NCBI GenBank assembly: GCA_000166095.1
Contig: CP002278.1
Coordinates: forward strand, 630,001 to 662,000
DNA from: Methanothermus fervidus DSM 2088
GTDB taxonomy: Archaea; Methanobacteriota; Methanobacteria; DSM-2088; Methanothermaceae
Direction of reading: 5' to 3'
DNA length: 32,000 bases
Positions 20,364 through 30,554 of this stretch are shown here, one piece after another. Both the position numbers and the translations under genes were made by a program. The first letter of the stretch is position 1, and each line of letters starts with the position of its first letter. The notes beneath the pieces were generated by a model. It ran no database searches. It was not told the origin of the DNA and saw nothing but the letters and a program-made list of their open reading frames with translations.

Positions 20364-21614
20364 ATGCTTCATATAGGTATAGATGATACAGACTCCAGCA
20401 AAGGTATGTGCACTACCTATATAGCTTGTATACTTTATCATGAATTTAAAAGTTGCGGATTTGAAGTGATAGGTTATCCTAGATTGATAAGATTAAATCC
20501 TTTTGCACCACATAAAACCCGTGGAAATGGTGCCGTATCACTCAGAGTAAAAACAAAAAATGAAGAAAAAATTAAAAATAAAGTATTAAACACTGTTTCA
20601 AATTTAGCAGAACTTGAAGATGAAAACACAGATCCTGGAATTGTATTTTATAAAGGAAAAATAACTCCTGAAATGGAAAAATTTGCATTAAAAGCCATAA
20701 GAAAGATTGTTAGTTTAAATGAAGCTAAAAAATTAGCAAAAAAAGTTAATGCTGAAATTTATAAGTTTAAAAAAGGAAGAGGTATCATAGGAGCTCTTGC
20801 AGCAATCTCTTGTCCCCTAAAAGATAAAACTTATGAATTACTTGCATATCGAACACCAGAAAATTATGGTAAAGAAAGAAAAATAGATAGCAATTCTGTT
20901 TTTAAAATGGATAAATTATTTTATCCAAAAACATTTGACAATGTTGACAATGATAACATACTTATAACTCCAAATACACCATGTCCTGTTCTTTATGGTA
21001 TACGAGGTGAAACTCCTGAAGATGTTAGAGAGGCAAATAAAGTTGTTAAGTCAAGGGAACCTATTGAAAGGACATGTATTTTTGAAACAAACCAACACAC
21101 TGACCAACATATCCAAAAAGCAAAAAGAATAGCGGACATGAAGCAGTTTGAATCTTATGTTGTTATAGGGGAAGTAAAAGACGAACCAAAGGTTATTGAA
21201 GGAGGACATGTTTTTTTCACATTGAAAGATAGTTCTGGTGAAATTACTTGTGCAGCTTATGAACCTACAAAAGAATTTAGGAAAATTGTAATGAAATTAA
21301 AACCAGGAGACAAATTGAAAATATATGGAGGTATAGGTGTTCACAATACATTGAACATTGAAAAAATGAAAATATTAGAATTAGCACCTTTATATAAAAA
21401 ATTAAATCCACTATGTCCAAAATGTGGAAAAAGAATGAAGTCCGCTGGGAAAAATAAAGGTCTCAAATGTTTAAATTGTGGTAATAAAATCCCTTATGAA
21501 TATAAAATAATTAAGAAAATTCCTAGGAATATAAAGAAAAAATGGTATGAAGTTCCCCCTGCAGCAAGGCGTCATCTTTCTAAGCCGCTTATAAGGTGTA
21601 AAAATGATATCTAA
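20364..21614 (+). CDS. tiaS: tRNA(Ile2) 2-agmatinylcytidine synthetase
   Basis: 416 aa; MLHIGIDDTDSSKGMCTTYI, GNGAVSLRV, OB-fold and zinc ribbon (CPKCGKRMKSAGKNKGLKCLNCG). Confidence 0.95.
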   Translation: MLHIGIDDTDSSKGMCTTYIACILYHEFKSCGFEVIGYPRLIRLNPFAPHKTRGNGAVSLRVKTKNEEKIKNKVLNTVSNLAELEDENTDPGIVFYKGKITPEMEKFALKAIRKIVSLNEAKKLAKKVNAEIYKFKKGRGIIGALAAISCPLKDKTYELLAYRTPENYGKERKIDSNSVFKMDKLFYPKTFDNVDNDNILITPNTPCPVLYGIRGETPEDVREANKVVKSREPIERTCIFETNQHTDQHIQKAKRIADMKQFESYVVIGEVKDEPKVIEGGHVFFTLKDSSGEITCAAYEPTKEFRKIVMKLKPGDKLKIYGGIGVHNTLNIEKMKILELAPLYKKLNPLCPKCGKRMKSAGKNKGLKCLNCGNKIPYEYKIIKKIPRNIKKKWYEVPPAARRHLSKPLIRCKNDI

Positions 21615-22932
21615 AGATTTGGCTAATTTTATTAAAAAAATAAAATATTCAAAATTAAATAAAAATGTTGTTGATAAAGTTAAATGTTCTTTTTTGGATT
21701 TCTTTGGAGTTGCATTAAGAGGATCAAGAGAAAAAAGTGGAATCATAGCATTTAAAAGTTTATACAAGAAGGGAAAGAATTCAACTGTAATTGGTTATGG
21801 AAAAAGCGATGAAATGACTGCAAGCTTAATAAATGGCATATTTGCACATAATACAGATTTAGATGATGGTCACAGAAATGCATTGATGCATCCTGCATGT
21901 ACTGTAATACCAGCTGCACTGTCTCTTGCAGAAAAATACAATGTAATAGGTAAGAGATTTATAGAAGGCATTGTTTGTGGTTATGAAGTTGGCATTGCAA
22001 TTGGAATTTCTATAAATCCAGAACATAGGGAAAGAGGATTTCATACAACAGGCACATGTGGTGTATTTGCAGCCGCTGCAGCTGCATCAAAGGTTTTAAA
22101 CCTTAAAAAGAATGAAATAGTCAATGCCATCGGGTTGGCAGGTACTCAGGCATCTGGATTGTTAGAATCTGATCATGCTGGTACAATGGCAAAACATCTG
22201 CATGCAGGAAAAGCGGCTCAAAGTGGAGTAATATCAGCTATTTTAGCTAAAAATGGTTTTACTGGTGCAAAAACTATATTAGATGGAAAAGAAGGATTTT
22301 TCAATGCATATTCTACTTTAGATAAAATTTCAATAATAAAAAGAGAATTAGGTAAATTTCACATTAGAAACACTTATATGAAAAAATATCCTGTTTGTAG
22401 ACATCTTCATTCCACTTTAGATTCTGGAGAATCAATACTCAAAGAATTAGGAATTAAAAAATTAGATCCAAATAAAGTTAAAAAGATAATTGTAGAGACA
22501 TATGAGGTTGCAGCACAACATAATAATTACAGACCTAAAACTGTGGAAGCTGTTAGACAAAGCCTACCTGTTTCTTTAGCAATTCTTTTGTATAAAGGTG
22601 ATTTATCTTTAGAAAATTTAAAAGAATATGAAAGATTAGAGTCTGGAGTGAAAAAAATTATAGATAAAATTATAATAAAGGTAGATAAAAGTTTAGATGC
22701 AAACAAAAGACCATCAAAAGTTTGTATTGAATTTAAAAATAGAAAAATTGAAAAATTTACACCTATACCTAGAGGAGAACCAGAAAATCCCTTTTCAAAG
22801 GAAGATATATTGAAAAAATTCAAAAAATTGAATCCTGAATATCCAATAAAAAAATTAAAAATTATAGATGAGTTGGAAGATATTGAAGTTGGAGCCTTGA
22901 TGGAGGAATTGTCATGGAAGCAAGAGCAATAA
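21604..22932 (+). CDS. MmgE/PrpD family protein (2-methylcitrate dehydratase / cis-aconitate decarboxylase superfamily)
   Basis: 442 aa; NGIFAHNTDLDDGHRNALMHPACTVIPAALSLAE, GLAGTQASGLLES, KYPVCRHLHSTLDS motifs. Confidence 0.9.
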   Translation: MISKDLANFIKKIKYSKLNKNVVDKVKCSFLDFFGVALRGSREKSGIIAFKSLYKKGKNSTVIGYGKSDEMTASLINGIFAHNTDLDDGHRNALMHPACTVIPAALSLAEKYNVIGKRFIEGIVCGYEVGIAIGISINPEHRERGFHTTGTCGVFAAAAAASKVLNLKKNEIVNAIGLAGTQASGLLESDHAGTMAKHLHAGKAAQSGVISAILAKNGFTGAKTILDGKEGFFNAYSTLDKISIIKRELGKFHIRNTYMKKYPVCRHLHSTLDSGESILKELGIKKLDPNKVKKIIVETYEVAAQHNNYRPKTVEAVRQSLPVSLAILLYKGDLSLENLKEYERLESGVKKIIDKIIIKVDKSLDANKRPSKVCIEFKNRKIEKFTPIPRGEPENPFSKEDILKKFKKLNPEYPIKKLKIIDELEDIEVGALMEELSWKQEQ

Positions 22933-23810
22933 ATTTTCTTAAAAAAATAGGTATTAAATATGAATTTAAAAAATCTAACAAAAGATTTGAAGACGGATCT
23001 GAATATAGGTTTGAGGTTCCTGGAATACAAGGAGTGGAAGCTCTTGAAGCATTGATAGACGCTATAGATGAATATGATGTAACTGTTCATAGAGTCACTC
23101 AGACCAAGGGAATTATGATGCTCACTGATTCTGAGATAGAAAAAATGGCTGAATTGGCGTTGGAAGCTAAACTTGAATTGTTTTTAAGTGTGGGTCCACG
23201 AGCAACATATGATACAAGTGCAACAGTGCATACAAAAGAAGGAGCAAGAATTGGATATAGGTTAAGAGGTTATGAAAATTTAGTATATGCAATTGAAGAT
23301 GTAATGAGGGCCATTGATTTAGGTGTTAGAGGAATAGTTGTTTATGATGAAGGACTTCTCTGGGCATTGAATAAAATGAGAGAAAATGGTGACATACCAA
23401 AAGATGTACATTTTAAAGTATCAGCTCATTGTGGTCACGGTAATCCCGCATCTGCAATTTTACTTGAAAAAATAGGTGCAGACTCCTTTAACCCTGTGCG
23501 TGATTTGCAGATACATATGCTTGCTTCATTAAGGCAGGTAATAGATATACCTATAGATGTGCACACTGAAAATCCAAAATCTTCTGGTGGTTTTATAAGA
23601 CATTATGAAGTGCCTGATATGATTAAATTTTCAGCACCAGTATATCTTAAAACAGGAGGATCTGTAGCATTAACACATGCTTGGGAAACAACTAAAGATG
23701 AAGCAAAAAAAAGGGTAAAGCAAGTTTTACTTGTACAATCCATGATAGAGAGATACTATCCTGAAGCAAAGATTTCTAGTAAAAAACATTTGGCAATACC
23801 TTCACCTTAG
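22914..23810 (+). CDS. TIM-barrel-like protein resembling U32-family peptidase-annotated proteins
   Basis: 298 aa with alternating beta/alpha pattern (DVTVHRVTQTKG, LELFLSVGPRAT, VRGIVVYDEG, HFKVSAHCGHGNP, IPIDVHTENPKSSGGF, MIKFSAPVYLKTGG). Family assignment tentative. Confidence 0.5.
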   Translation: MEARAINFLKKIGIKYEFKKSNKRFEDGSEYRFEVPGIQGVEALEALIDAIDEYDVTVHRVTQTKGIMMLTDSEIEKMAELALEAKLELFLSVGPRATYDTSATVHTKEGARIGYRLRGYENLVYAIEDVMRAIDLGVRGIVVYDEGLLWALNKMRENGDIPKDVHFKVSAHCGHGNPASAILLEKIGADSFNPVRDLQIHMLASLRQVIDIPIDVHTENPKSSGGFIRHYEVPDMIKFSAPVYLKTGGSVALTHAWETTKDEAKKRVKQVLLVQSMIERYYPEAKISSKKHLAIPSP

Positions 23811-24665
23811 GTGGTAATTTTGGACTTAGTTAAAAAAGTTAAAAAAGCTGTTATAAAATGTAGCACAGAATATAGTGAAGATCAAATAAAAGCTTATAAA
23901 AATGCCATAAAAAATGAAAACAATGAAAATGCTGTTTGGGTTCTTAAGTTACTCTTAAAAAATGCTAAAATTGCAAAAAAGAAAAGAAGACCACTTTGCG
24001 ATGATACAGGTATTCCCCATGTATATATAGAAATTGGCAAAAAATCAGAAATTTCTAGTACGTTTTTTCAAAAAATCAGGCGAGGCATAGCTGAAGGATT
24101 ACGTGAGCTTCCAGGACGCCCTATGGCCCTAAAAGGAAATGATATAGAAAGAATAGAACAAAGTAAAGGGATATATGAAGATCCTGGGAAAGTGGTTCCT
24201 CCTTCATTCTTCATAGATAACAATAAAGAAGAAAATGGAACAAAAATTCATATAATGATGTTAGGAGGTGGTCCAGAAATTAGAGCTAGAACTAAAAAAG
24301 TTTTCCATGAACATGATTACAGAAAAGTATTTAAAGAAGTAATTAGATGGATAATAGTAGAGGCTAAATCTCTAGGTTGTACACCTTGTGTACCCGCCAT
24401 AGGTATTGGAAGGACACATTATGAGGCAACATCGTTAATGCTCAAGGCAATTGCTCATGGTAAATTAGATCAGCAATCAGAACTAGAAGAATATATAACT
24501 AATTCTGTAAATTCTTCAGGAATAGGTCCTTTAGGTTTAGGAGGGTCCACCACTGCATTAGGAACTTTAATTAAAATAGGTCCACAAAGAGCCAGCGGTG
24601 TCAGAATCGTATCTACAAGATTATGTTGTTGTGTAGAACCAAGAAAATACACGATAACCATCTGA
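23811..24665 (+). CDS. Class I fumarate hydratase / tartrate dehydratase alpha-subunit-like protein
   Basis: 284 aa; PLCDDTGIPHVYIEIGK, VPPSFFID, GGGPEIRARTKKVF, LGCTPCVPAIGIGRTHYEATSLMLKAI, GIGPLGLGGSTTALG. GTG start abutting the previous stop. Confidence 0.9.
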   Translation: MVILDLVKKVKKAVIKCSTEYSEDQIKAYKNAIKNENNENAVWVLKLLLKNAKIAKKKRRPLCDDTGIPHVYIEIGKKSEISSTFFQKIRRGIAEGLRELPGRPMALKGNDIERIEQSKGIYEDPGKVVPPSFFIDNNKEENGTKIHIMMLGGGPEIRARTKKVFHEHDYRKVFKEVIRWIIVEAKSLGCTPCVPAIGIGRTHYEATSLMLKAIAHGKLDQQSELEEYITNSVNSSGIGPLGLGGSTTALGTLIKIGPQRASGVRIVSTRLCCCVEPRKYTITI

Positions 24666-24666
24666 G

Positions 24667-25473
24667 GTGAGTTTTATGACAAAAATGCGGACAAAATGGA
24701 GAACATCAATTACTAAAATTGAACCAAACAAAATAATAATTAGAGGAATTCCAATAGAAAGACTCATTGGGAGTATAAGTTTCCCGGAAGTTGTATATTT
24801 ATTAATAAAGGGAAAATTACCTAGTGAAAAAGAGGCAAGAATGTTAGAAGCTGTATTAGTTTCATTTGCTGACCATGGAGTGACTCCACCTAGTACTCAA
24901 GTTTCAAGGATAATAGCATCAACAGGATCACCTGTCAATGCCTGTATTGCTGGTGGGCTATTAGCATTTGGTAAACATCATGCAGGAGCAATAGAACATG
25001 CCATGAAATTATTCCAAAATTCTGTTGAGTTATGTGATTCTGAAGATGATATACCTGAAGTTGCAAGGGATGTTGTAAATAAATATATTTCAAAAGGAAA
25101 GAAAATTCCTGGTTATGGTCATAGATTCCATAATGAGGATCCACGACCCGTAAGACTTTTTGAATTAGCAGAAGAACTTAATTTCAAAGGACCACATATG
25201 GTTTTTGCCCTTGAAGTTGAAAAAATCTTAAATGAATTAAAAAACATAAAAATGAATGTTGATGGAGCTTGTGCATCAATACTATCAGATCTTGGATTTG
25301 ATTGGAGAATTGGAGTAGGAATGTTTATGTTAGGTAGGTTACCAGGAATTATAGCCCATATTTATGAAGAACGTACAAAAGAACCTCCATTTAGGAAATT
25401 CTTTGATGTTGATGAAATTGAATATGAAGAAGAACAAATATTCAGACCTCCTAAGTTAAAAACACCTGAGTAA
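24667..25473 (+). CDS. Short citrate-synthase-superfamily protein, citryl-CoA lyase-like
   Basis: 268 aa; GIPIERLIGSISFPEVVYLLIKGKLP, GKHHAGA, PGYGHRFHNEDPRP, MNVDGACASIL (candidate His-His-Asp). Likely true start ATG 24676 after GAGGTGA. Confidence 0.85.
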   Translation: MSFMTKMRTKWRTSITKIEPNKIIIRGIPIERLIGSISFPEVVYLLIKGKLPSEKEARMLEAVLVSFADHGVTPPSTQVSRIIASTGSPVNACIAGGLLAFGKHHAGAIEHAMKLFQNSVELCDSEDDIPEVARDVVNKYISKGKKIPGYGHRFHNEDPRPVRLFELAEELNFKGPHMVFALEVEKILNELKNIKMNVDGACASILSDLGFDWRIGVGMFMLGRLPGIIAHIYEERTKEPPFRKFFDVDEIEYEEEQIFRPPKLKTPE

Positions 25474-25983
25474 CTATTTATTTATTTTTTCCCAAAGAGT
25501 GCCATTATTGGTTTCATATCTTCTAGCATATCCTTCTCTTTCAAGAGCTTTTAATATATTTAACATGCTTTCAAATTTAAGTTCTTTAAATCCGACTTTT
25601 TTGACAAAATCATGCAATTCCTTAGCTGAGGCTTTTTTAGATGGTAATAAATGATATATTTGAGATTGAAAAGACGTAAGCCCGGGTTTAGGTTTAGATG
25701 TCAATGCTTCAATATATTTCTCAAGTTTTTTTAATTTTTTATCTTTTTTTGATAATTCTTCCTTCAAAACTTTAATTTTTTTATCTTTTTCTTGGATTAT
25801 ATTTTTTAAATTGATTATTTCTAAATTTTTATTTCTAATCTCTGCCTCATATCCTTCATTTTTTAATTTCTTTAGCTTATTCCGACATTTATTTAATTCT
25901 AATCTTAATTTAGAAATTTCTAATAAACATGACTTAACAAGTTTTTTTAATTCTTCTTTTTCTGAATCTTTAAATAGTCGCAT
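25474..25983 (-). CDS. Coiled-coil protein with C-terminal winged-helix-like domain
   Basis: 169 aa; Lys/Glu/Leu-rich heptad region (KIKVLKEELSKKDKKLKKLEKYIE), then SQIYHLLPSKKASAKELHDFVKK...MLNILKALEREGYARRYETNNGTLWEK. Confidence 0.6.
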   Translation of the reverse strand: MRLFKDSEKEELKKLVKSCLLEISKLRLELNKCRNKLKKLKNEGYEAEIRNKNLEIINLKNIIQEKDKKIKVLKEELSKKDKKLKKLEKYIEALTSKPKPGLTSFQSQIYHLLPSKKASAKELHDFVKKVGFKELKFESMLNILKALEREGYARRYETNNGTLWEKINK

Positions 25984-26004
25984 AGATATCCCAAAAAATA
26001 AAAA

Positions 26005-27051
26005 TCAAAGAATTGTTTCTTTAATGAGTTCTGCGTTTAGCACTGACGCTCCTGCCGCACCTCTAATTGTATTATGTCCAACTAACACATATTTAAGACT
26101 ATTTTCAATTGTGTTATCTTTTCGCAATCTTCCAACTGTTACAGCCATTCCATTCTCGTTATCTCTATCTATTCTTGGCTGAGGTCTATCTTCATCGTCT
26201 AAAACTATTATTGGTTTTTTTGGTGCAGAAGGAAGATTTAGTTTTTGTGGTAAACCCTTAAACTTTGCCATTGCATCTTTTATATCTTCTATATCAAAAT
26301 TTTCTTCTAATTCAATGAATACGGCTTCAGTATGTCCATCTAACACAGGTACTCTATGGCAAGAAGCAGTTATTTTAAATTTTGCTGGTTCAATACTATC
26401 ATCCTTTAAAGTTCCAAGAATTTTTAAAGTTTCTGTCTCTATCTTTTCTTCTTCGCCACTTATAAATGGTATTATATTATCTAAAATTGCCATGGATGGA
26501 ACACCAGCATATCCAGCACCAGACACTGCTTGCATAGTTGCAACATATACTCTTTTTATATCAAATAAATCATAAATTGGTTTTAATGTCAATGTAAGTG
26601 CTATTGTCGAACAATTAGGGTTAGTAACTATAAAACCTTCCCAACCTCTTTTTTCTTGTTGTATTTCAATTAAATCCAATGATTCTGGATTTACTTCGGG
26701 AATTAAAAGTGGAACATCTGGTTCCATCCGCATAGCACTTGCATTAGATGCAACGATATATTTTTCTGCAAATTTAGGCTCTACCTTGGCAGCAATGTTT
26801 GATGGTAAAGCTGAGAATAATATATCTACATCCTCAACTTCTTTTGGATCTGTGTTAACAACTGTTATATCCTTAACAGATTCTGGCATTTCTATATCTA
26901 AATACCATTTAGCTGCGTCTTCATACTTTTTACCTGCTGACCTTGGGGAAGCTGTTAAAACTTCAATTTCAAAGTCAGGATGATCTGCCAACAAACTGAC
27001 AAATCTTTGTCCAACCATGCCGGTGGCGCCGAGTATGCCTACTTTCAACAT
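26005..27051 (-). CDS. asd: Aspartate-semialdehyde dehydrogenase
   Basis: 348 aa; [74 protein letters not shown]. Confidence 0.97.
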   Translation of the reverse strand: MLKVGILGATGMVGQRFVSLLADHPDFEIEVLTASPRSAGKKYEDAAKWYLDIEMPESVKDITVVNTDPKEVEDVDILFSALPSNIAAKVEPKFAEKYIVASNASAMRMEPDVPLLIPEVNPESLDLIEIQQEKRGWEGFIVTNPNCSTIALTLTLKPIYDLFDIKRVYVATMQAVSGAGYAGVPSMAILDNIIPFISGEEEKIETETLKILGTLKDDSIEPAKFKITASCHRVPVLDGHTEAVFIELEENFDIEDIKDAMAKFKGLPQKLNLPSAPKKPIIVLDDEDRPQPRIDRDNENGMAVTVGRLRKDNTIENSLKYVLVGHNTIRGAAGASVLNAELIKETIL

Positions 27052-27055
27052 CTTA

Positions 27056-27871
27056 TCACCTGAGGCCTAAAACATCTTTCATGTCACTTATTTTTCCTGG
27101 TTTTGCATGTTTTATATATCTTATAGCACGTAAAACTCCATTAACGAATGCTTGTCTACTATGTGCACGATGAATGATTTCCAATCTTTCACCATTGCCT
27201 AAAAACATAACTGTATGGTCCCCAACAACATCTCCGCCTCTTATTGCATGTACGCCTATCTCTTCGTCACTTCTTTCGCCAACAATTCCTTTTCTACCAT
27301 AAACAGCCACATCTTTACTTTTTCCTCTTTTATCACATATTATTTCTAAAGCTTTCATGGCAGTGCCAGATGGAGCATCTACTTTGTGTCTGTGATGAGC
27401 TTCAATGATTTCTACATCATAGTCTTCAAGTAATGACGCAAGATCTTCAATAATTTTGAAAAAAACATTTACTCCGACTGCCATATTTGGAGAAATAACT
27501 GCTTTAATGTTATTTTTTTCTACACAATCCTCAATTATTTTCATCTGTTCCTCATTAAAACCAGTTGTACCAACGACTAAATTTACTCCCATTTTACTAG
27601 CTGTTTTTATATTTTCAACTGCAGCATTTGGAGTTGTGAAATCAACTAAAACGTCAGGGTCTTTGTCTTTTAGAACTTCTTTTAAAAAATTTGCACCTCT
27701 TATCTTTACACCAACATGTCCTATACCAATTGTTTCACCAATGTCTTTACCTTCTAATTCCGTATTTGGAGCTTCTATCGCACCAACAAGTTCCATGTCT
27801 TTCTCTTTAACTACATTCTTTATAATTAATGACCCCATTCTTCCACAAGCGCCACAAACAACTATTTTCAT
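27056..27871 (-). CDS. dapB: 4-hydroxy-tetrahydrodipicolinate reductase
   Basis: 271 aa; [71 protein letters not shown]. Confidence 0.97.
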   Translation of the reverse strand: MKIVVCGACGRMGSLIIKNVVKEKDMELVGAIEAPNTELEGKDIGETIGIGHVGVKIRGANFLKEVLKDKDPDVLVDFTTPNAAVENIKTASKMGVNLVVGTTGFNEEQMKIIEDCVEKNNIKAVISPNMAVGVNVFFKIIEDLASLLEDYDVEIIEAHHRHKVDAPSGTAMKALEIICDKRGKSKDVAVYGRKGIVGERSDEEIGVHAIRGGDVVGDHTVMFLGNGERLEIIHRAHSRQAFVNGVLRAIRYIKHAKPGKISDMKDVLGLR

Positions 27872-27887
27872 GATTGATACCTCAATG

Positions 27888-28775
27888 CTAAATAAGTGAT
27901 AACCTTTCCAATATTTCTCTTAAAGTTTTTTTATTTTCTTCTTTTAACGATGCTAAAGGCATTCTTACATGTCCTGCTGGTCTTCCCATCATATTCAATG
28001 CCTCTTTTACAGGGGCAGGGTTAGTTTCAATAAACAATGCCTCCATGAGTTCATAAAGTTCATAATGTTTTTTCTTAGCTGTTTCAAAATCACCTTTTAA
28101 AGCACTTTTTACTAGTTCACACATTCTGGTTGGATCTACGTTGGCAACAACGGAAACAACGCCTTTAGCACCCATAGAAATCATTGGCAAAGTTAAATTG
28201 TCATTTCCTGAAAGAACTATAAAATCTAAATTTGTATCCATGGTTTCTTTAATAATCATGGAAACTTTATTTAAATCCGTGCTAGCCTCTTTTATTCCTA
28301 CAATATTGTCAACTTTTGCCAGTTCGCACAAAACATCTACACCTATATCTATTCCAGTTCTTGATGGTACATTATAGATGATAATAGGAATATCTGATTT
28401 CTCAGCCAATGTTTTGTAATGTTTTATTAGTCCATGTGGTTGTGGTTTATTGTAGTATGGTGTTATAACAAGTGCTGCATCTGCCCCAGCGTCTTCAGCA
28501 TATTTTACTAATCCAAGTGCCTCTCTAGAAGAATTACTTCCTGCACCTGCTACTGCAGTTACTCTACCATTTACTTCATCTACGAGTATGTCTATAAGCC
28601 TTCTATGTTCTTCATGAGTTATTGTCGCTGATTCTCCTGTTGTACCTGCAGCTAAAAGTCCATCAACGCCTTTTTCAATCAAATAATTTATATTTTCACG
28701 CATTCCTTCTTCATCTATCTCATCATCTTTTGTAAAAGGAGTTACCATAGCAACTATCGTTCCTTCGATCTTCAT
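27888..28775 (-). CDS. dapA: 4-hydroxy-tetrahydrodipicolinate synthase
   Basis: 295 aa; [62 protein letters not shown]. Confidence 0.98.
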   Translation of the reverse strand: MKIEGTIVAMVTPFTKDDEIDEEGMRENINYLIEKGVDGLLAAGTTGESATITHEEHRRLIDILVDEVNGRVTAVAGAGSNSSREALGLVKYAEDAGADAALVITPYYNKPQPHGLIKHYKTLAEKSDIPIIIYNVPSRTGIDIGVDVLCELAKVDNIVGIKEASTDLNKVSMIIKETMDTNLDFIVLSGNDNLTLPMISMGAKGVVSVVANVDPTRMCELVKSALKGDFETAKKKHYELYELMEALFIETNPAPVKEALNMMGRPAGHVRMPLASLKEENKKTLREILERLSLI

Positions 28776-28828
28776 TTTTCACACCCAAAATATACTATGA
28801 AAAAAGTTAAATATTGATTTTACGAAAA

Positions 28829-30055
28829 TCATGAGGATCCTAAAACATCGCGAACAAGATTATAGACTTTTTCGCAATCTTTCCATTCTACAAAAATAAC
28901 TATTGATGTCTGGGAAGATGAAATTTCCACAATGTTTATGTTATGTTTTTTCAATGGTTCTGTAATTTTTGAAATAATTCCAGGAGTTGTTACAAAATCA
29001 GGGCTTGAAACACTTATCATTCCTACATCTTTACCTATGGATACAGAACTAAGATCCTTGTCTTTAATAACTAATTCATGTAAAATTTTATGGGCTTTCC
29101 TAGCATCTTTTTTGTTAACAAATAAAGTTACAGAATTTTGGCCTGTAGAAATTCCTAAAATATTTATATTATCTTTTGCAAGTCTGGAAGTTATTTTAGC
29201 AAGTATGCCTGGCTTATAAAGTATCTCTTCACCAACTACTGCTATAACAGATAATGGTTCTGGATAGGACATTGTTGTTTTTAAAGTTTTCTCTTTTGAT
29301 GGTCCTATAATTTCAGTTCCAGGTGCAGATAAATCTCCATGCTTAAAACTTATTATTTTTGCTCTTAAATTAGGTTCTTTATATTTTAATGCATCTGGAT
29401 GTAAAACCTTTGCACCATGTGTGGCCAAATCCCTCATTTCTTCTACTGATATTTTTTCCAATCTTTTTGCACTTTTTATTAAATTAGGGTCTGTCGTCAT
29501 TACTCCACTTACATCAGTAACAATGATAACCTCATCTGCATTTAAACACTTTGCTAGAACAAAAGCAGTTACGTCACTTCCACCTCTTCCCAATGTTGTA
29601 ATATGTCCTTCCTTGTCTTTACCAAGAAATCCACATATAACTGGAATTATTCCTTCATCCAGAAGATTTAATATATTTTTTGACAATTTTTTGGTTGTTT
29701 CTAAATCTACTTCAGCGTTTAATAGATTACTATCAGTTATTATTGGCCATTTATCGCTAAATGGATCTATATATTCAGATTTTACTCCAAAAGATTCTAT
29801 AGCAGATGCAAATATTCTAGCACTGGTCATTTCACCCATAGAAATTACTTCAGCCAACTGTTTTTCTGTTACAATATTTTTTGTTGCATCTTCTACAATT
29901 TTAATTAGCTCATCTGTTGTTTTGTTTATGGCAGAAACTACGACTACTACTTTCTTTCCAGACATGTATTCTTTAACTACCGCATTGGCAGCCTTTCTAA
30001 TTCTTTTTCCATTCCCTATTGATGTCCCACCAAATTTAACAACTATTAGTGCCAT
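28829..30055 (-). CDS. lysC: Aspartate kinase with C-terminal ACT domains
   Basis: 408 aa; [43 protein letters not shown], paired ACT repeats [19 protein letters not shown] / [19 protein letters not shown]. Confidence 0.96.
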   Translation of the reverse strand: MALIVVKFGGTSIGNGKRIRKAANAVVKEYMSGKKVVVVVSAINKTTDELIKIVEDATKNIVTEKQLAEVISMGEMTSARIFASAIESFGVKSEYIDPFSDKWPIITDSNLLNAEVDLETTKKLSKNILNLLDEGIIPVICGFLGKDKEGHITTLGRGGSDVTAFVLAKCLNADEVIIVTDVSGVMTTDPNLIKSAKRLEKISVEEMRDLATHGAKVLHPDALKYKEPNLRAKIISFKHGDLSAPGTEIIGPSKEKTLKTTMSYPEPLSVIAVVGEEILYKPGILAKITSRLAKDNINILGISTGQNSVTLFVNKKDARKAHKILHELVIKDKDLSSVSIGKDVGMISVSSPDFVTTPGIISKITEPLKKHNINIVEISSSQTSIVIFVEWKDCEKVYNLVRDVLGSS

Positions 30056-30065
30056 TTATACACCA

Positions 30066-30257
30066 TTAAGATGATCTTTGTTTCATAAGTTTTGTTATGT
30101 AACCTGCTATTTTATTTCTCAAATGTTTTGTTTCTACGGTTGAAATTTCTTCTAAAACTGCCTTGTTTTCATCAAAATTGTCTGAAAACTTGTCTGGAAA
30201 AGTTTCTATTAATTCTTTTGCAACTCTTTTTATCAACGCAGTTCTAATGTTTCCCAT
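30066..30257 (-). CDS. rps17e: 30S ribosomal protein S17e
   Basis: 63 aa; [57 protein letters not shown]. Confidence 0.95.
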   Translation of the reverse strand: MGNIRTALIKRVAKELIETFPDKFSDNFDENKAVLEEISTVETKHLRNKIAGYITKLMKQRSS

Positions 30258-30260
30258 ACA

Positions 30261-30554
30261 CTACCTCCCCATCACTTTTTTTTGTTCTTCTCTATTCATC
30301 TCAGTTAATATCTTTACTATTTTTGTAATTTTCTTTTCATTAATTTTATTTTTTCTAGCAATCTTCCTTGCCTTATTTTCAATTTCTTTCTCCCTTATAG
30401 GGTCTTCAATATCCATACCTAGTATCATTTTTGCTTTTGCTATTTTTTTGCCAAGGAGTGTTCTTTCACAGATAAGCTTCAAAATTTTTTTATCTAATAT
30501 ATCTATTTGTTCTCTTGTTTCATTTAGAATTTTCTTTGCTTCCGATTTATCCAT
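30261..30554 (-). CDS. aroQ: Chorismate mutase (AroQ fold)
   Basis: 97 aa; REQIDILDKKILKLICERTLLGKKIAKAK...DPIREKEI. Confidence 0.88.
   Translation of the reverse strand: MDKSEAKKILNETREQIDILDKKILKLICERTLLGKKIAKAKMILGMDIEDPIREKEIENKARKIARKNKINEKKITKIVKILTEMNREEQKKVMGR

Noticed and set aside
22914-23810. Confident call as a protease because of U32-like annotation
   Set aside because: The operon context and TIM-barrel-like pattern do not support a proteolytic role; kept as tentative family only.
29421-30074. 217 aa plus-strand ORF opposite lysC, and similar ones at 26315-26575, 27456-27899, 30163-30666, 30813-31325
   Set aside because: Mirror-strand artefacts of well-supported minus-strand genes; no recognisable domains and hydrophobic/Ser-rich composition.
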